A DNA stretch of 63,663 nt, the filler included, from Octopus bimaculoides (taxonomy: Eukaryota): NCBI RefSeq assembly GCF_001194135.2. It is 5 parts of 5 records of this genome, joined end to end, with 100 filler letters (N's around TTAATTAATTAA, not from the genome) between each part and the next. Parts side by side here need not be neighbours in the genome. Positions count along the whole stretch, not along the records: positions 24,938 to 44,219 come from NC_068981.1; positions 44,320 to 47,258 come from NC_068997.1; positions 47,359 to 60,032 come from NC_068984.1; 2 more parts are not named here. One strand, written 5' to 3'. The notes under the pieces are model-generated. The model made no database searches and was not told where the DNA came from. It worked only from the letters and a program-made list of their open reading frames with translations. The translations under genes were made by a program, and so were the position numbers. Position 1 is the stretch's first letter. Each line of letters opens with the position of its first letter. Positions 37,740 through 50,723 of this stretch are shown here, piece by piece.

Positions 37740-38025
37740 TTATGATGTCGTGTGGGGAACACTCGGATCAAATTGATTAATTTCTTCCACATGTCTTTGT
37801 CGTCCATCTGTGCAACACATACGTTTTTTTAATATTTGCATCCTCAAACAACTACTGCACATATGTACTGGTTCCCATATTAACAAATGACGTACAACTG
37901 CATCTTTTCTACAAACTTCAGACAGCGTTATTTGATGGTTTCTCTTAATAATGGTATATTTCCATATAATACGCTGTCCAGTAAATATTACTCCCAAGAA
38001 ACATTCTTCACTCTTCATAATATTT
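37740..38025 (-). mobile_element. RTE/RTE-X-like LINE 3' fragment
   Basis: NVSWE*YLLDSVLYGNIPLLRETIK and RKDAVVRHLLIWEP resemble the post-RT region of RTE-type ORFs. Confidence 0.7.
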
Positions 38026-38034
38026 TAGTATATT

Positions 38035-38240
38035 CTTTTATTATTTTATTTGTTACAGTCATTTGACTGCGGCCACGCTGGAGCACCACCTTTAGTCAAA
38101 CAAATTGACCCCAGAACTTATTCTTTGTAAGCCTAGTACTTATTCTATCGGTCTCTTTGCCGAACTGCTAAGTTACAGGGACATAAACACACCAGCATCG
38201 GTTGTCAAGCGATGGTGGGGGACAAACACAGAAACACATA
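38035..38240 (-). mobile_element. SINE family C 3' part, running into its internal microsatellite and a gap
   Basis: Matches 53111-53330. Confidence 0.88.
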
Positions 38241-39310
38241 CATACATACATACATACATACATACATGCATACATACATACATACATACATACATACATA
38301 CGTATATATATGTATGTATATATNNNNNNNNNNNNNNNNNNNNNNNNNNNNNNNNNNNNNNNNNNNNNNNNNNNNNNNNNNNNNNNNNNNNNNNNNNNNN
38401 NNNNNNNNNNNNNNNNNNNNNNNNNNNNNNNNNNNNNNNNNNNNNNNNNNNNNNNNNNNNNNNNNNNNNNNNNNNNNNNNNNNNNNNNNNNNNNNNNNNN
38501 NNNNNNNNNNNNNNNNNNNNNNNNNNNNNNNNNNNNNNNNNNNNNNNNNNNNNNNNNNNNNNNNNNNNNNNNNNNNNNNNNNNNNNNNNNNNNNNNNNNN
38601 NNNNNNNNNNNNNNNNNNNNNNNNNNNNNNNNNNNNNNNNNNNNNNNNNNNNNNNNNNNNNNNNNNNNNNNNNNNNNNNNNNNNNNNNNNNNNNNNNNNN
38701 NNNNNNNNNNNNNNNNNNNNNNNNNNNNNNNNNNNNNNNNNNNNNNNNNNNNNNNNNNNNNNNNNNNNNNNNNNNNNNNNNNNNNNNNNNNNNNNNNNNN
38801 NNNNNNNNNNNNNNNNNNNNNNNNNNNNNNNNNNNNNNNNNNNNNNNNNNNNNNNNNNNNNNNNNNNNNNNNNNNNNNNNNNNNNNNNNNNNNNNNNNNN
38901 NNNNNNNNNNNNNNNNNNNNNNNNNNNNNNNNNNNNNNNNNNNNNNNNNNNNNNNNNNNNNNNNNNNNNNNNNNNNNNNNNNNNNNNNNNNNNNNNNNNN
39001 NNNNNNNNNNNNNNNNNNNNNNNNNNNNNNNNNNNNNNNNNNNNNNNNNNNNNNNNNNNNNNNNNNNNNNNNNNNNNNNNNNNNNNNNNNNNNNNNNNNN
39101 NNNNNNNNNNNNNNNNNNNNNNNNNNNNNNNNNNNNNNNNNNNNNNNNNNNNNNNNNNNNNNNNNNNNNNNNNNNNNNNNNNNNNNNNNNNNNNNNNATA
39201 TATATATATAAAGGAAAATTAATACTCATGAGAGATATTAATGTTAGTGGCCGCTAGCTAAAACCGCATAGGCATAATTAACATATTCTTTTATATATAT
39301 ATATATATAT

Positions 39311-39396
<86 letters not shown>

Positions 39397-39788
39397 TTAT
39401 GTATTTATGCATATACATACATATATACATAATATATATATACGTATATATACATATATATATATATATAAGCATGTGTGTTTGTGTGTGTATGTGTGTG
39501 TAGTTGAAAATGTCATTACTGACTTGCCATCAGCGTTTATCCAAATGACAGTTTGAGTGAACCCCTTGTAAAACATCAATTTCTGTTATTTATCTTGTCT
39601 AACACATTTTGATGGCGCTATGCAATTATGTGTGTGGGTGGGTGCGCGCGCGCGCGTTATGTATATAGAAGAGACGATACGACTGTGGCTTCGAATCGCC
39701 GAAGTATCACCGAATGACCTTGTCAAATAGTCTGACAAACCAGCCTGGCGAAACTTCGAAATCAGTCAGGTTTTCTTTTTCATAATTA

Positions 39789-40311
39789 TTGGGTTGTCCG
39801 GAAAGTTCGTGCCGATTTTCCAAAAGGTTCTCATGAACGACGGATTTTGATAGGTTGAGGCTTTCTGCCAATTCTCGGGTTGTGCAATGTGGGTTATTCT
39901 CAATTAATCACTTGATTTGGTCATCATCTGTAGTGACAGGTCTGCCTGATCGCTCGTTACCAATAGTGCTACAATCTCCAGCTCGGAATCTTGCGAACTA
40001 CTTCCGTACAGTTCTTTCGGATAAGGAAACATCACCGGAAACTGCGCATATTTCTTTGGTTGCTTGTGAGGCATTTTTCCCTTTACGGAAAAAGAAAAGA
40101 ATCCGAAAATGAACTTTCTTATCTTCCAATTTAAAGGGTTACAGAATTAACACAGGTTATAGGAACATAAACCTTCTTCCACGAAAAGATAGCTTAAACT
40201 GTGCTCTAAATGGAGGTGTAGTCAAATCCTATTTTATGGACACAACCATGTTCTAAAATAAGTCGAAAGGTAAGCTACTATAAATCGGCACGAACTTTCC
40301 AGACAACCCAA
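39789..40311 (-). mobile_element. Mariner internal-deletion derivative retaining the transposase N-terminus
   Basis: TIRs TTGGGTTGTCCGGAAAGTTCGTGCCGATTT / AAATCGGCACGAACTTTCCAGACAACCCAA, TA flanks. Minus frame LEDKKVHFR...KGKNASQATKEIC...RK*FARFRAG...RSGRP...NPHCTTRELAESLNLSKS (40129 to about 39821). Confidence 0.93.
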
Positions 40312-40515
40312 TATTAACACCACATTTTATATTCAGTCAATTTTTTAGCTAATGGCTGATGTTTTTATTCTAGGAACACATACATCAACCACACAAGTAT
40401 GTGTGTGTGTGTGTGTATTTCACATGTGTGTATATGTATTTTATACGTATGTATGCATGTGCGTGTGTGTGTATGTGTGTGTGTGTCTGTGTGTGTGTAT
40501 CTGTGTGTGTGTGTA

Positions 40516-40551
<36 letters not shown>

Positions 40552-40902
40552 AGTGTGTGTGTGTGTGGGTGGGTGGGTGTGTGTGTGCGTTTTGTCTTAG
40601 GGTGTATAGATATTTAGAAACATAAATTTAAGCATATGTGAGCTGATCCAATTAAACATTTTATCTCCTGGTGCATAGTATTTGTCTCTCAAGACGGAAG
40701 ATAAGATTTGTTTAAAAAATAATGATGTCGTTCTATCTTACCAGTCTCTTTATCTAATACGAAAAACATTGATTTGAAAATTATACACTATCACTAGTAA
40801 TGACTAAATTTTGGAGATACGTATTTAAGAGACTGATGCTTTTCTGATATTTCGCATAAAAATACACTTTCAGCTGTTCACGCGCATTCACACACACGCA
40901 TG

Positions 40903-40952
<50 letters not shown>

Positions 40953-41065
40953 CACACATACTCACACACATTTAAAGTTATATTTTAGTATGTGATTACC
41001 TACCCCAAGTATTTATTTTTCAATGTGTAAACACACAGACACAAATATGCATACATACATTTATA

Positions 41066-41293
41066 TTGGGTTGTCCGGAAAGTTCGTGCTGATTTTCAAA
41101 GGAAAGAAAAAGGTCAATAAATACTTGCCATTACATTTTTAATCAACCAAATATGAACCATTTTGTTGCACCATGCATCTCCATCTTTCCTTTAACTTGA
41201 AAATACCCTCTTCCCAGAATTAAGGTGGTTTCATAGCAAGTAAGTCGAAAGGTAAGCTACTATAAATCTGCACGAACTTTCCGGACAACCCAA
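41066..41293 (-). mobile_element. Mariner MITE (228 bp), same TIR family, retaining the transposase C-terminus
   Basis: Same TIRs with TA flanks; minus frame FWEEGIFKLKERWRCMVQQNGSYLVD*. Confidence 0.92.
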
Positions 41294-41299
41294 TATATA

Positions 41300-41344
<45 letters not shown>

Positions 41345-41346
41345 AT

Positions 41347-41690
41347 GTGAAGACGCATAGCCTAGTAGTTAGGGTGTTGCACTCACAATCGTCAGATCGT
41401 GGTTTCAATTCCTACACTGAGTGGTGCGTTATGCTCTTCAGCAAAAGCACTTTATTACACGAGACACTGCGATCACTTCAACACCTGACGTGTGAAACTC
41501 TGTGCATTTGTTCAGGCAACAGCTATTTGATGGTGGGGGTGAGCTAATGTACAGCACATATTTGATTATTATAAACAAATCGTTTGTGAAGATCGTTCGA
41601 CAAAAGCTGAACGCTCATACGTCGTCTTCGGCGAGAGAGTCGATCTCAAATGCAATGGTGTGGCCACATCCTTCGCACGGATAGTAGTTC
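41347..41690 (+). mobile_element. tRNA-derived SINE family D
   Basis: GAAGACGCATAGCCTAGTAGTTAGGGTG (A-box-like), GGTTTCAATTCC (B-box-like); homologous to 10095-10318. Confidence 0.7.
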
Positions 41691-42250
41691 AATATCAAAA
41701 TAAATCTTTCTATGGTCAGCTTGTAAAATCATGATGTAATGTAAGCCGGCCTCTTCTACGGTAGATAAAGAAATTAAAAGATAATAAACGCTTGAGTGTT
41801 AGGAAGGAAAACTTCAAGAATCTTGCGAGAAACCATGCAAACTAGAGGAGAGATTACTTTTACCGGATTCAAAATTTCGAAACGCGAAGGGTACAACAAT
41901 AAGGGGAGTTATGCTTTTTCCCTCTTTCTTTTTTTTTTCTTTTTTCAATTCAACCTTCCTTTTTGACTGGCCAATTAAAACCAGGGTTTGCGTTGTTTCG
42001 TTTGGCTCGTAATATGTAACTGTAACCATGTAAACACACGCAACTCGATATAGGCATAAATTCGATAACTCAAGCGCTTACGCGCAAATACTATTTTTGC
42101 ATGATTCCGAAGAGTCGAATGTGAGTCAATGACATTTTACGAATCAATGATTGCGTATATTATTGCATAATATGGGAATACTCGTGAGATCGATTGTCGA
42201 GGAAAAATTGTAAACTAATGTAATAACACGACTTGCTTAATACATTCCTC

Positions 42251-42290
<40 letters not shown>

Positions 42291-42800
42291 NNNNNNNNNN
42301 NNNNNNNNNNNNNNNNNNNNNNNNNNNNNNNNNNNNNNNNNNNNNNNNNNNNNNNNNNNNNNNNNNNNNNNNNNNAGAGAGAGAGAGAGAGAGAGATAAT
42401 AAAATATATACATACAATATTAGATATGTACATATATACACAAGGGTACTACATGAGCACCTACATCGCTAATAATGTCTTACCTCTACTGGGTCAGAAC
42501 AAGTAAATGCTGGTCAACTTGGTGCCGGTTTCGAAGTTCAGCGCCAAATAGGTGCCTGATTTCTCATCAGCCAAAATCTGCCATTTTTTCCTGTCATGTC
42601 TATAATAGATTTGTGACTATTCAGTGGTAGAGAAGTATTTTTTTACTGCTATCTTTAGCGATATAGGTACTCATGTAGTACACTTGTGTATATATACATA
42701 TCTAATATTGTATGTATATATTTTATTAATTTGCCTGTACGGCTGATAATTCGCTTGCTACTCGTGATGGTATTTTAATAATACTATCTCTATATTTATT

Positions 42801-42869
<69 letters not shown>

Positions 42870-42871
42870 TC

Positions 42872-43085
42872 AATTGAAAAAACGGAGAACGAAAAAGAAA
42901 AAGAAAAAAAAGAAAAGAAACGTGAGGACGTAGCACAAGCAATGTATAACTACGACGCTGGAGAGTTGTTGTTTTACGTTTCGAACATAGCTCTTCGTCA
43001 GAAAAAGGGTAAATAGGAATGTCCAAAGGGAAAGGAGGAGGAAAGAGGGAAAATCGCCAACAGTCCACGTGCGGTTACATTTCTG
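42872..43085 (-). mobile_element. Short HHR-bearing repeat (family H1), diverged copy 2
   Basis: Downstream of the HHR, CTCCAGCGTCGTAGTTATACATTGCTTGT aligns with CCCGAGCGTCATACTAATATATACTTTTGT of copy 1; ends in a (TATC)n tract. Confidence 0.65.
42970..43006 (-). ncRNA. Minimal type I hammerhead ribozyme, intact core
   Basis: UUUUU-CUGACGA-A-GAGC-UAU-GUUC-GAAAC-GUA^AAACA; weak stem I (3 bp plus one after a mismatch). Confidence 0.78.
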
Positions 43086-43199
43086 AAGTGAACAGAAGTA
43101 GGAGGAGGAAGAGAAAGTGCTTTCTGGGATTGGAGAGTGTGAAAATGGTCGGTATGTGTGTGTATTTGTGTGCGTGTGTATGTGGTTGAGTCTGTATGT

Positions 43200-43440
43200 A
43201 TGGTACGTGTGTGTGTGTGTGTGATAGTAACTGCGTGTGTGAGAGAGAGACAGTAACTGCGTGTGTATGTGTATGTGACAGTAACTGCGTGTGTGCGTGC
43301 GTCCGTGTTTGTGCGTCTGCGTGTTCGTGCGTATGGTGGTAACTGTGTGTGTGTTATGTGTGTGTGGGTGGTATTAACTGTGTGTATGGTATTAACTGTA
43401 TGTGTGATAACAACTGTATGTGTGTTTGCGTAAATAGTCT
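43200..43440. repeat. Degenerate minisatellite, GT-rich unit punctuated by (A/G)GTAACTG
   Basis: About seven recurrences of AGTAACTGCGTGTGTG / GGTATTAACTGTGTG. Confidence 0.75.
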
Positions 43441-43998
43441 GTATATGTGTATGTGGTAGGAATTCTGTGCGTGTTTGCTAAAGGTCACTTTCAGAGGTCA
43501 GCAGCTATAGTGACAGGTGTGTGAAGAGGTGAGTGTGGCCGTGCGTGTGTGTGTGTGTGTGTGTGTGTGTTTGCAATAGTGAGTCAGAGGCAGTCAGAAG
43601 GGTGTGTGAATAGGTGGGTGTGGCTGTGTATGTGTGTGTGTTGACATGTGTGCGTAAACAGAGTGGGAATATGTATGTGTGTGTACATATGTCTATGGGT
43701 GCGTGTGTGTGTCTCTTTCTGTATCACTCTGTCTTTGTCTTTGTCTCTCTCTCTCTGTATATATGTGCATGTGTACGTGTGTGCATGTGTACGTGTGTGC
43801 ATGCGTGAGAGCAGGATGAGGTGGTGTGCATGTGGCTGCGTTGGTGTAACCAAGGGTGTGGGTATTATGTGTGTGAGCGTGTATGTGTGCGAGCGTGTAT
43901 GTGTGCGAGCGTGTATGTATGTGTGCGTGTGGGGGAGTGCATGTGTGTGTAGTGCGTGTGTACGTATTTTCGTGAGTGTGCGCGCGGGTGTGTGTAGT

Positions 43999-44046
<48 letters not shown>

Positions 44047-44263
44047 TTTACGAATATAAAAAATAATAGTACAGATAAATAATGAAAAATTTAAATCAGT
44101 AATAATTAAAAAAATTAATGAAAAATTTCATGTCAATAAATCAGTAACAGAAATAAATGAAAAATAATAAAACATAACAAAAATAATAAAAAAGATAATA
44201 AAATTAAAAAGTTTAAAATNNNNNNNNNNNNNNNNNNNNNNNNNNNNNNNNNNNNNNNNNNNN

Positions 44264-44275
44264 TTAATTAATTAA
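44264..44275. other. Assembly linker TTAATTAATTAA inside a 100-bp gap
   Basis: Same construct as 24882. Confidence 0.95.
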
Positions 44276-44319
44276 NNNNNNNNNNNNNNNNNNNNNNNNN
44301 NNNNNNNNNNNNNNNNNNN

Positions 44320-46000
44320 CACTATCATTCCACCATTCCTGTTTAATTTTCCTTAGAGCAGTTTGCACTCTCCTTTTCAGCTTTCTGTAAGTTTCATTTG
44401 AGTTGGGATTCAATGACTGAGAGATCAGTGTATTGCCTAAGTTTTGTTTTTCTAAAAGTAGATCATGAATTTCTGCTGATCTATCTGAGAACCAATCTCT
44501 GGATTTATGAGATTTAAATCCCACTGACGAACTTGCAGCTTGAAATACTTTTGTTTTGAAATCTTCCCATAGATTGTTTGGGTCAAGATTAATACTTTCT
44601 ATAGCGTCGTGGAATCTTTGCAACTTGCTTGATAATTTAAAGTTTGCAACATTTAACTTTTTGGGTATCTTAGGACCAGACTGTCGATTCTTGGGCATTA
44701 TCGAAAAATCTATTTTGCCACGCAGTAGATGATGGTCAGTCCAGCTCTCTGCCCCTCTCATGACCCGAACGCTAGAAACGTCTTTCATATCAGGTTTCCT
44801 AATCAGAATATAATCTATGAGATGCCAGTGCTTAGATCTTGGGTGCATCCAGGTGGTTTTATATTTATTTTTCTGCTTAAACAGAGTGTTGGTGACAACC
44901 AGATTATTCTCAGTACAAAACGCCAAAAGCGCTACTCCATTTTTATTGCATTTTCCAATCGCATATTGACCTAAAACAGGCCATGAAACATAATCCTTTC
45001 CAACTCTTGCATTGAAATCTCCCAAAGATGACCAGCTTGTCAGAAATCGGTACTTTCCTCAATTTTGCTAGATTGTCATAAAACTGTCCCACAGTTTCAT
45101 CAGAATGGGACATTGTTGGTGCATAAATACTGACAACAGTAAGAAACCTACCTTTTGTCAGTTTGATACGGCATGACATGATCCGGTCAGACATACCACT
45201 TGGAAGCTCTGCAGTGGAGGACACTAATGTATTCTTGAGAGCAAACCCAATACTAGATTCTCTACGCTGACCCTTAGGTAGGCCTTTCCAGAAGATAGTA
45301 TATCCATAAGTAGATTCAATTACTTGATCCTCACCAGAGAGACGAGTTTCAGAGAGCGCAACTATATCAAGGGAATATTTCTTTAGCTCACATGCAACAA
45401 GTGCAGTACATCTTTCCGGCCTCTTGTTGAAATTATCATCAAGAAGTGTGCGCACATTCCAACAGCCGAAATTCACAGGATGTTTATTTTTACTTTTACT
45501 TGAGGACTGTTTGACCACAGTGGCAGGATGACGATCGGGTCCAGCCTGTGATACACTGGGACACCTACCGGGCCAGACCTGTTCCCCTGATGTTCCCAAG
45601 CCTTTTTTGCCATTTACTGAATTTGTTTCAGACATTTTAAAATAAGTTACAGGTGCATTTTTAGGTTTCTGCTAACCAACCAATTCAATGATTTTACCAA
45701 GATCTGAAGTACAGGAAGTACCAGTGCAGATGAATAATTTTTAGTGGGTGTAGCTTGCACTGCACTACCCCCACTTATTAGCCCAAGAAGACTTTCACCG
45801 GTGTGACAAGATAATTGTCAAAACCAGGAACTTTCAAGGCCTCAGGTTTTATTTCGGAGATTTCCTTCTAGGTAAATTACCAACCAACGTTAAAAAGCTT
45901 CTACCTGTCCATGAGGTGAGCTGTCCCATTTCAGACACCTAACCGACACTCAGACACTCTGTAAAGTGATCAAGTATCACTCCAGTGACCGATTCGGAGC
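44320..46000 (-). mobile_element. RTE (BovB-like) LINE 5' part: UTR plus apurinic endonuclease domain, cut by gap
   Basis: NFGCWNVRTLLD, DIVALSETRL, SIYAPTM, frameshift, GDFNARVG, WMHPRSKHWHLIDYIL, WTDHHLL. The 5' boundary is approximate. Confidence 0.95.
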
Positions 46001-46059
46001 AGTTCATTCATGAATATATATATATATATCATAGAGATAGGTTGCAAAGAAAAAAGACT

Positions 46060-47258
46060 ACACATGGTATAAATAGGGGAAAAGTAAAAAGAAAAGAGAG
46101 AAAATGCATATTAGATCAGGAAGGGCGGTTTAAGGTTCCTAGCACATATTTTAATGTGCTCATTGACCTGTATCTATCTATATTGTGGGTAGTGGAGTTG
46201 TTCATTGTGAAGAGTTGTTCTTTGTCGGAATGACTTACCTGTTTGGCCTATATAGTGATTTCAACACCTTAAGCAGGTAATAACATAGGTTAAGTTTTCA
46301 GAGCAACAGGTGAAATTTGATTTTATCTTAAAATATTTCACCTTGTTTGAAGTGAAACTCTGTACTCTCCAAAAGGTGGGGTCATGTTCCACAGTTAAGC
46401 TGCCCGTATTTTTTCACTTGTAGTTCTGTTATTAATTGATATGGTCTTGCGCTGGTTAATATTTTTTCAATGATTTCTGTTGCTCAAGTCTGAGCTTAAA
46501 ATTTTGTTCATTGTTTTACCTCCAGTGAGAATGGATAGATTTTGGATGATGATGTTGAAGGCCTCATTGTTTCTAGGATTGTGTGTGGAGATGTATGAGA
46601 GTATTTTTAGATTTGGTGTAGTATTTTGGTTAACTTCCCCTAATGTGTGTATGTCTATTTCTTTCGCTCGTTTAATCCCATCATTTATTCATGATGCTGG
46701 GTAAGGTCTCGTAATTAGTGTTGATTTAAGTTCAAGGAGTTTTCGTTCACGAGTATTGGTATCCGAAACTATAGTACAGATTCTTTTCACTAGATTATAA
46801 GGCACATTAATTTTTATGTGTTTGGAGTGGCATGAGTTGAATAATAGGTATTGTTTTGAATCTGTGGGTTTACAGATGTCCGTTTCGATGTGGCTATTGA
46901 CTATTTTAATTAGGATGTCAAGAAAAGGAAGTTGTTTATTGCTGTATTTCATGGTGAATTGTATGCTGCTATTGATATTGTTGAGCATTATTTTGAAATC
47001 GAGGAGTTTGTCTATGCTATCTTTCCAAAGTGTAAAGCAATCATCTAAGTACCTCTTCCAGTTTTCCTTTAAATAGCAATGAAATGAGGTACCATATTTT
47101 TCTAGTGATGATTGGTAAATTTCAAGTTCTAGATAACCCATTACAAGGTTCACAATCATTGGTGTTGCTAGAGTTCCCATTGCAATTCCACATTTTTGTC
47201 GTTAGTAAACTATATCGAACATGAAATAGTTGTTCTGTAGGATAAATTTTAGTGTTTT
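46060..47258 (-). mobile_element. Penelope-like element: RT C-terminal half plus GIY-YIG endonuclease, cut by gap
   Basis: AMGT...NLVMGYLE, WKRYLDDCF, LPFLDILI, KPTDSKQYLLFNSCH; NLTYVITCLRC*NHYIGQTG (about 46230-46300). The 3' end abuts (TA)n. Confidence 0.93.
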
Positions 47259-47302
47259 NNNNNNNNNNNNNNNNNNNNNNNNNNNNNNNNNNNNNNNNNN
47301 NN

Positions 47303-47314
47303 TTAATTAATTAA
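47303..47314. other. Assembly linker TTAATTAATTAA inside a 100-bp gap
   Basis: Same construct as 24882. Confidence 0.95.
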
Positions 47315-47358
47315 NNNNNNNNNNNNNNNNNNNNNNNNNNNNNNNNNNNNNNNNNNNN

Positions 47359-47572
47359 TGTTACGTGTGACGTTTTCATCAATTAGACGTTAGCAGTTTG
47401 TCAGTTATTTCAAATAGTTAAACAGAACACACAACACGTTTTAGTTTCATTGTTGTAATGTACGTAATTTTAGTTAATAAAAACCTTGCAAGCCTGTCAG
47501 TCATTGTTTAGTTAGTTAAAGAGAACATACTACCATCTGTCGTGGCTTCTGATATTCATTCTCGCGACAACA
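47359..47572 (+). mobile_element. Possible solo LTR
   Basis: Begins TGTTACG, ends CGACAACA, internal AATAAA. The left edge coincides with a gap, so no TSD can be tested. Confidence 0.3.
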
Positions 47573-48675
47573 GAGCGAAATAGGTTGCTCTGCTCTCTTC
47601 ACTAAACCCTTATTAGAAGTTAATTTGTTTCTTGGCGTTGCTTTGACTGAATAATTTCTACTAGTTTAAAAACACGTTATCTAAAAACACGCCTGTTTTT
47701 ACTGATGTCACTATTTGCTCATAAAAATTTTGTCTTTCCAAACCAAGAAAATGTGTTTAAATATTTTCTACACACATTATTCGAGTGACCTAAAACACGG
47801 AAATATATATGTGCATTCCTGTAACACATTATAAGCCACTATCTTTTATTCCTATAATGTAACGAAAGTCATACTCTTTCATTCCTTTATTTTCAATGCT
47901 ATATCCTATGCCTGAGTTCTGTCACAGTGCAACCCTGTATTCATAGATTACGTTCTATTTAATTATTATTACATTATTTTACGAATACGATCGGAAGAAG
48001 TCTATTTTCTGTTAATATGTGGAAAATAAAGAAATTGCCATTGTTATCCTTGTGAATGTTCTTTCAATTTCTTACATATGTAAGAAAGCCATAATATAGT
48101 CATATGGTTGATAATATTTATTTATTACCATACATACTGAATTACGATAGGAGATATTATTCGTAATTTTTTCTCCGAGTGCAGAAGGTTTATTTTCGTG
48201 TAAGAGTTTATAAAAGTGCTCAATGGATTTGTATCAAAGACACTGAATGAAGCTCTGTATATAACATAATGTAAAAGATGGGGAACACATACACATACAA
48301 TATGTGTGAAGGCAGTGATTAAATATGACCTTAGCCGTAATGCCTAAAATAGATTAAAGAATTAAGTAAAGGGATAAACTAAACCAAATGAAACTCGAAA
48401 CCGGGACATAAATTTAAAAGATCGACTACTTATTATTGGGCCAACTACGACAGTTCGGATTGGAAAAGCAAACTCTGCATGGGTTAATGAGAAAGCTTCT
48501 ATGTTGGCGCCACATCTTCTATAAATAGCAGTCAAATATCCTCATATTATATATAGCGTTCTAGAAAAGGCAGGACACATTGGATTGAGTAGTCATATGT
48601 AAAGCATCTGGAACATTGATAAGTTTGCTGGATTAGATACCAGAGAAAAACTGCTACCAAAAGATACTATTAGTA

Positions 48676-48760
48676 CTACTGCTGCTGCTGCTGCTGTTGT
48701 TGTTGTTGCTGTTGTTGCTGTTGTTGTCGTTGTTGTTGCTGTTGTTGTTGTTGCTGCTAG

Positions 48761-48794
<34 letters not shown>

Positions 48795-48837
48795 ACTACT
48801 ACTACTACTACTATTACTGCTGCTGCTGCTGCTACTG

Positions 48838-48873
<36 letters not shown>
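48676..48873. repeat. Compound (TGC)/(TGT)/(TAC) trinucleotide microsatellite
   Basis: Directly visible; source of the poly-L/S/V ORFs. Confidence 0.96.
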
Positions 48874-50675
48874 AGTACATACGAACTTCCTCGAATATCT
48901 CTATTTGCTACAGATTTTAGGAAATCTTCCACAAATGGCGCCCTACCAGCTTAAAAACAAAACAAAACAAAACAAAAACCAAGAAAAATTGGATAATGCA
49001 GTCGTAGCTAAAAAAAATATGGCTGGATAGTCAGAACAGGAACGCATTTGATCGCATTTGCTCAATAACAACTAGCCTGGAGTTAAACAATAGCAACAAC
49101 CACGACGAATTATTTTACACTTACGATCATTGAGTTTACGTGAGATTTCCTTCGGGAGCTTATGTTTACTAATTGCACATGTGTGTAACATGTGTGTATT
49201 GAAGACATCATGCATTCATACATACACACACTCACTCGCACGTACGTATGCACACATACAATACACACAAGGAATGCTCAGACCACACACGCATACATGA
49301 TAGAAATATATATTTGTTCTGTAAACTAGATAAAGAATACAATTTCTAGGGAACGCTTGAAGCAATTGTATATCTGTATTCTCTGTAAATAAACAGGTGA
49401 CGAGGTATTAACAAATTTAGTGTACGTTATATATGTAAATATACACACAGAACTATGCAAACATACATACATACATACATGCACACACACACTCACACAC
49501 ATACACACACATATATAAATATACTATATATATATATATATATATGTATACGTGTGTATACATGTATACACACATATATGTATACACGCACGTGTATGCA
49601 TATATATATGTGTGTGTGTATATATACTTACATATGCACATGTACACACACACACACACATTCATGACTTCGGTAAGATAAGACATTTTTTCTGTAGAAT
49701 ATAAGCATTCCTCTTATACATTCCGGTCGCTTTATTTTCACCCTTTGTGTGCAACTGTTACTTGCAGGAAGACTTCATGAAAACCTGTCTCTTTCTACAC
49801 CGGCTGAAGAAATGAGTAGTCGCAAGAACATTTAGATATTCCAGAAAGTTACCGTAAGGTTAATAAACAGAATGGAATAATAGAATGGAATAATGAAAAT
49901 AATAGAACCAAAAAAATAAAATTAAAACGAAGAGATTACATTTTCAATACATTACCTGTCTCTTTTCATGCTACTTAAGTTTCTTTCTCACACACAGATG
50001 TAAAAAAAACTTATGCTCACTGTTTCTTTTTTTTTTGAGGCATGTAAAGAGCGCAAATATTTTTTCCTGTATTTAAACAGATCTTAAATTTGAAGTAAAT
50101 TTATAGAATGCAAATTACATGCTTGTCGAATCGTGAGATTTTGTTTTCGTATCCAGCCGGCGCTATTTCAATTTCTGTATAAACGGAAAGAAGCCGAGAA
50201 AACGACAAATAATGAATGCACATGTATGTATGTATGTATGTATGTATGTATGTATGTATGTATGTATGTATGTATGTATGCACATACATGCATACATATA
50301 TACGTATAATTTCATCAGATAAGAGAAGTGAAGTGAGACAATAGATGTTTACAGCTGTTTCATAATCCGTGTAACTTACAAAAATTGACGTTATATCATC
50401 CGTCATACATATATAAAATATACATATAAATATATATGTACACTCATATGTGTGTGTGTATGTGTTTGTGTATAATGCTGTTTTATAACTAACAAGCTAC
50501 TCCTCAGAACTTTTCAATGCGAGTTAAAACATCAACTCTGCTACACACAGCAAGTAGTCTCATTATATATCACAAGCAATTAATATATTCGACAGATTAC
50601 AACATGTGGAAGTAATGTTTGTAGATCAATATGAATTCAGAGAAAGAATGCAATAAAAAAACTAAATAAAATCAG

Positions 50676-50720
<45 letters not shown>

Positions 50721-50723
50721 ATT

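Noticed and set aside
42484-42600. Minus-strand exon ending at AG|GTAAG
   Set aside because: Stops in all frames and no acceptor; cannot distinguish from chance.
49798-49860. CUGAAGA hairpin, and a possible exon after TTACTTGCAG
   Set aside because: GAAA is replaced by GAUA and the geometry is poor; all three frames stop before a good donor site.
50480-50719. AATAAA plus A44 as a processed-transcript tail
   Set aside because: Upstream sequence looks like a decayed LINE RT scrap or unique DNA, no TSD was found, and A-runs are common here.
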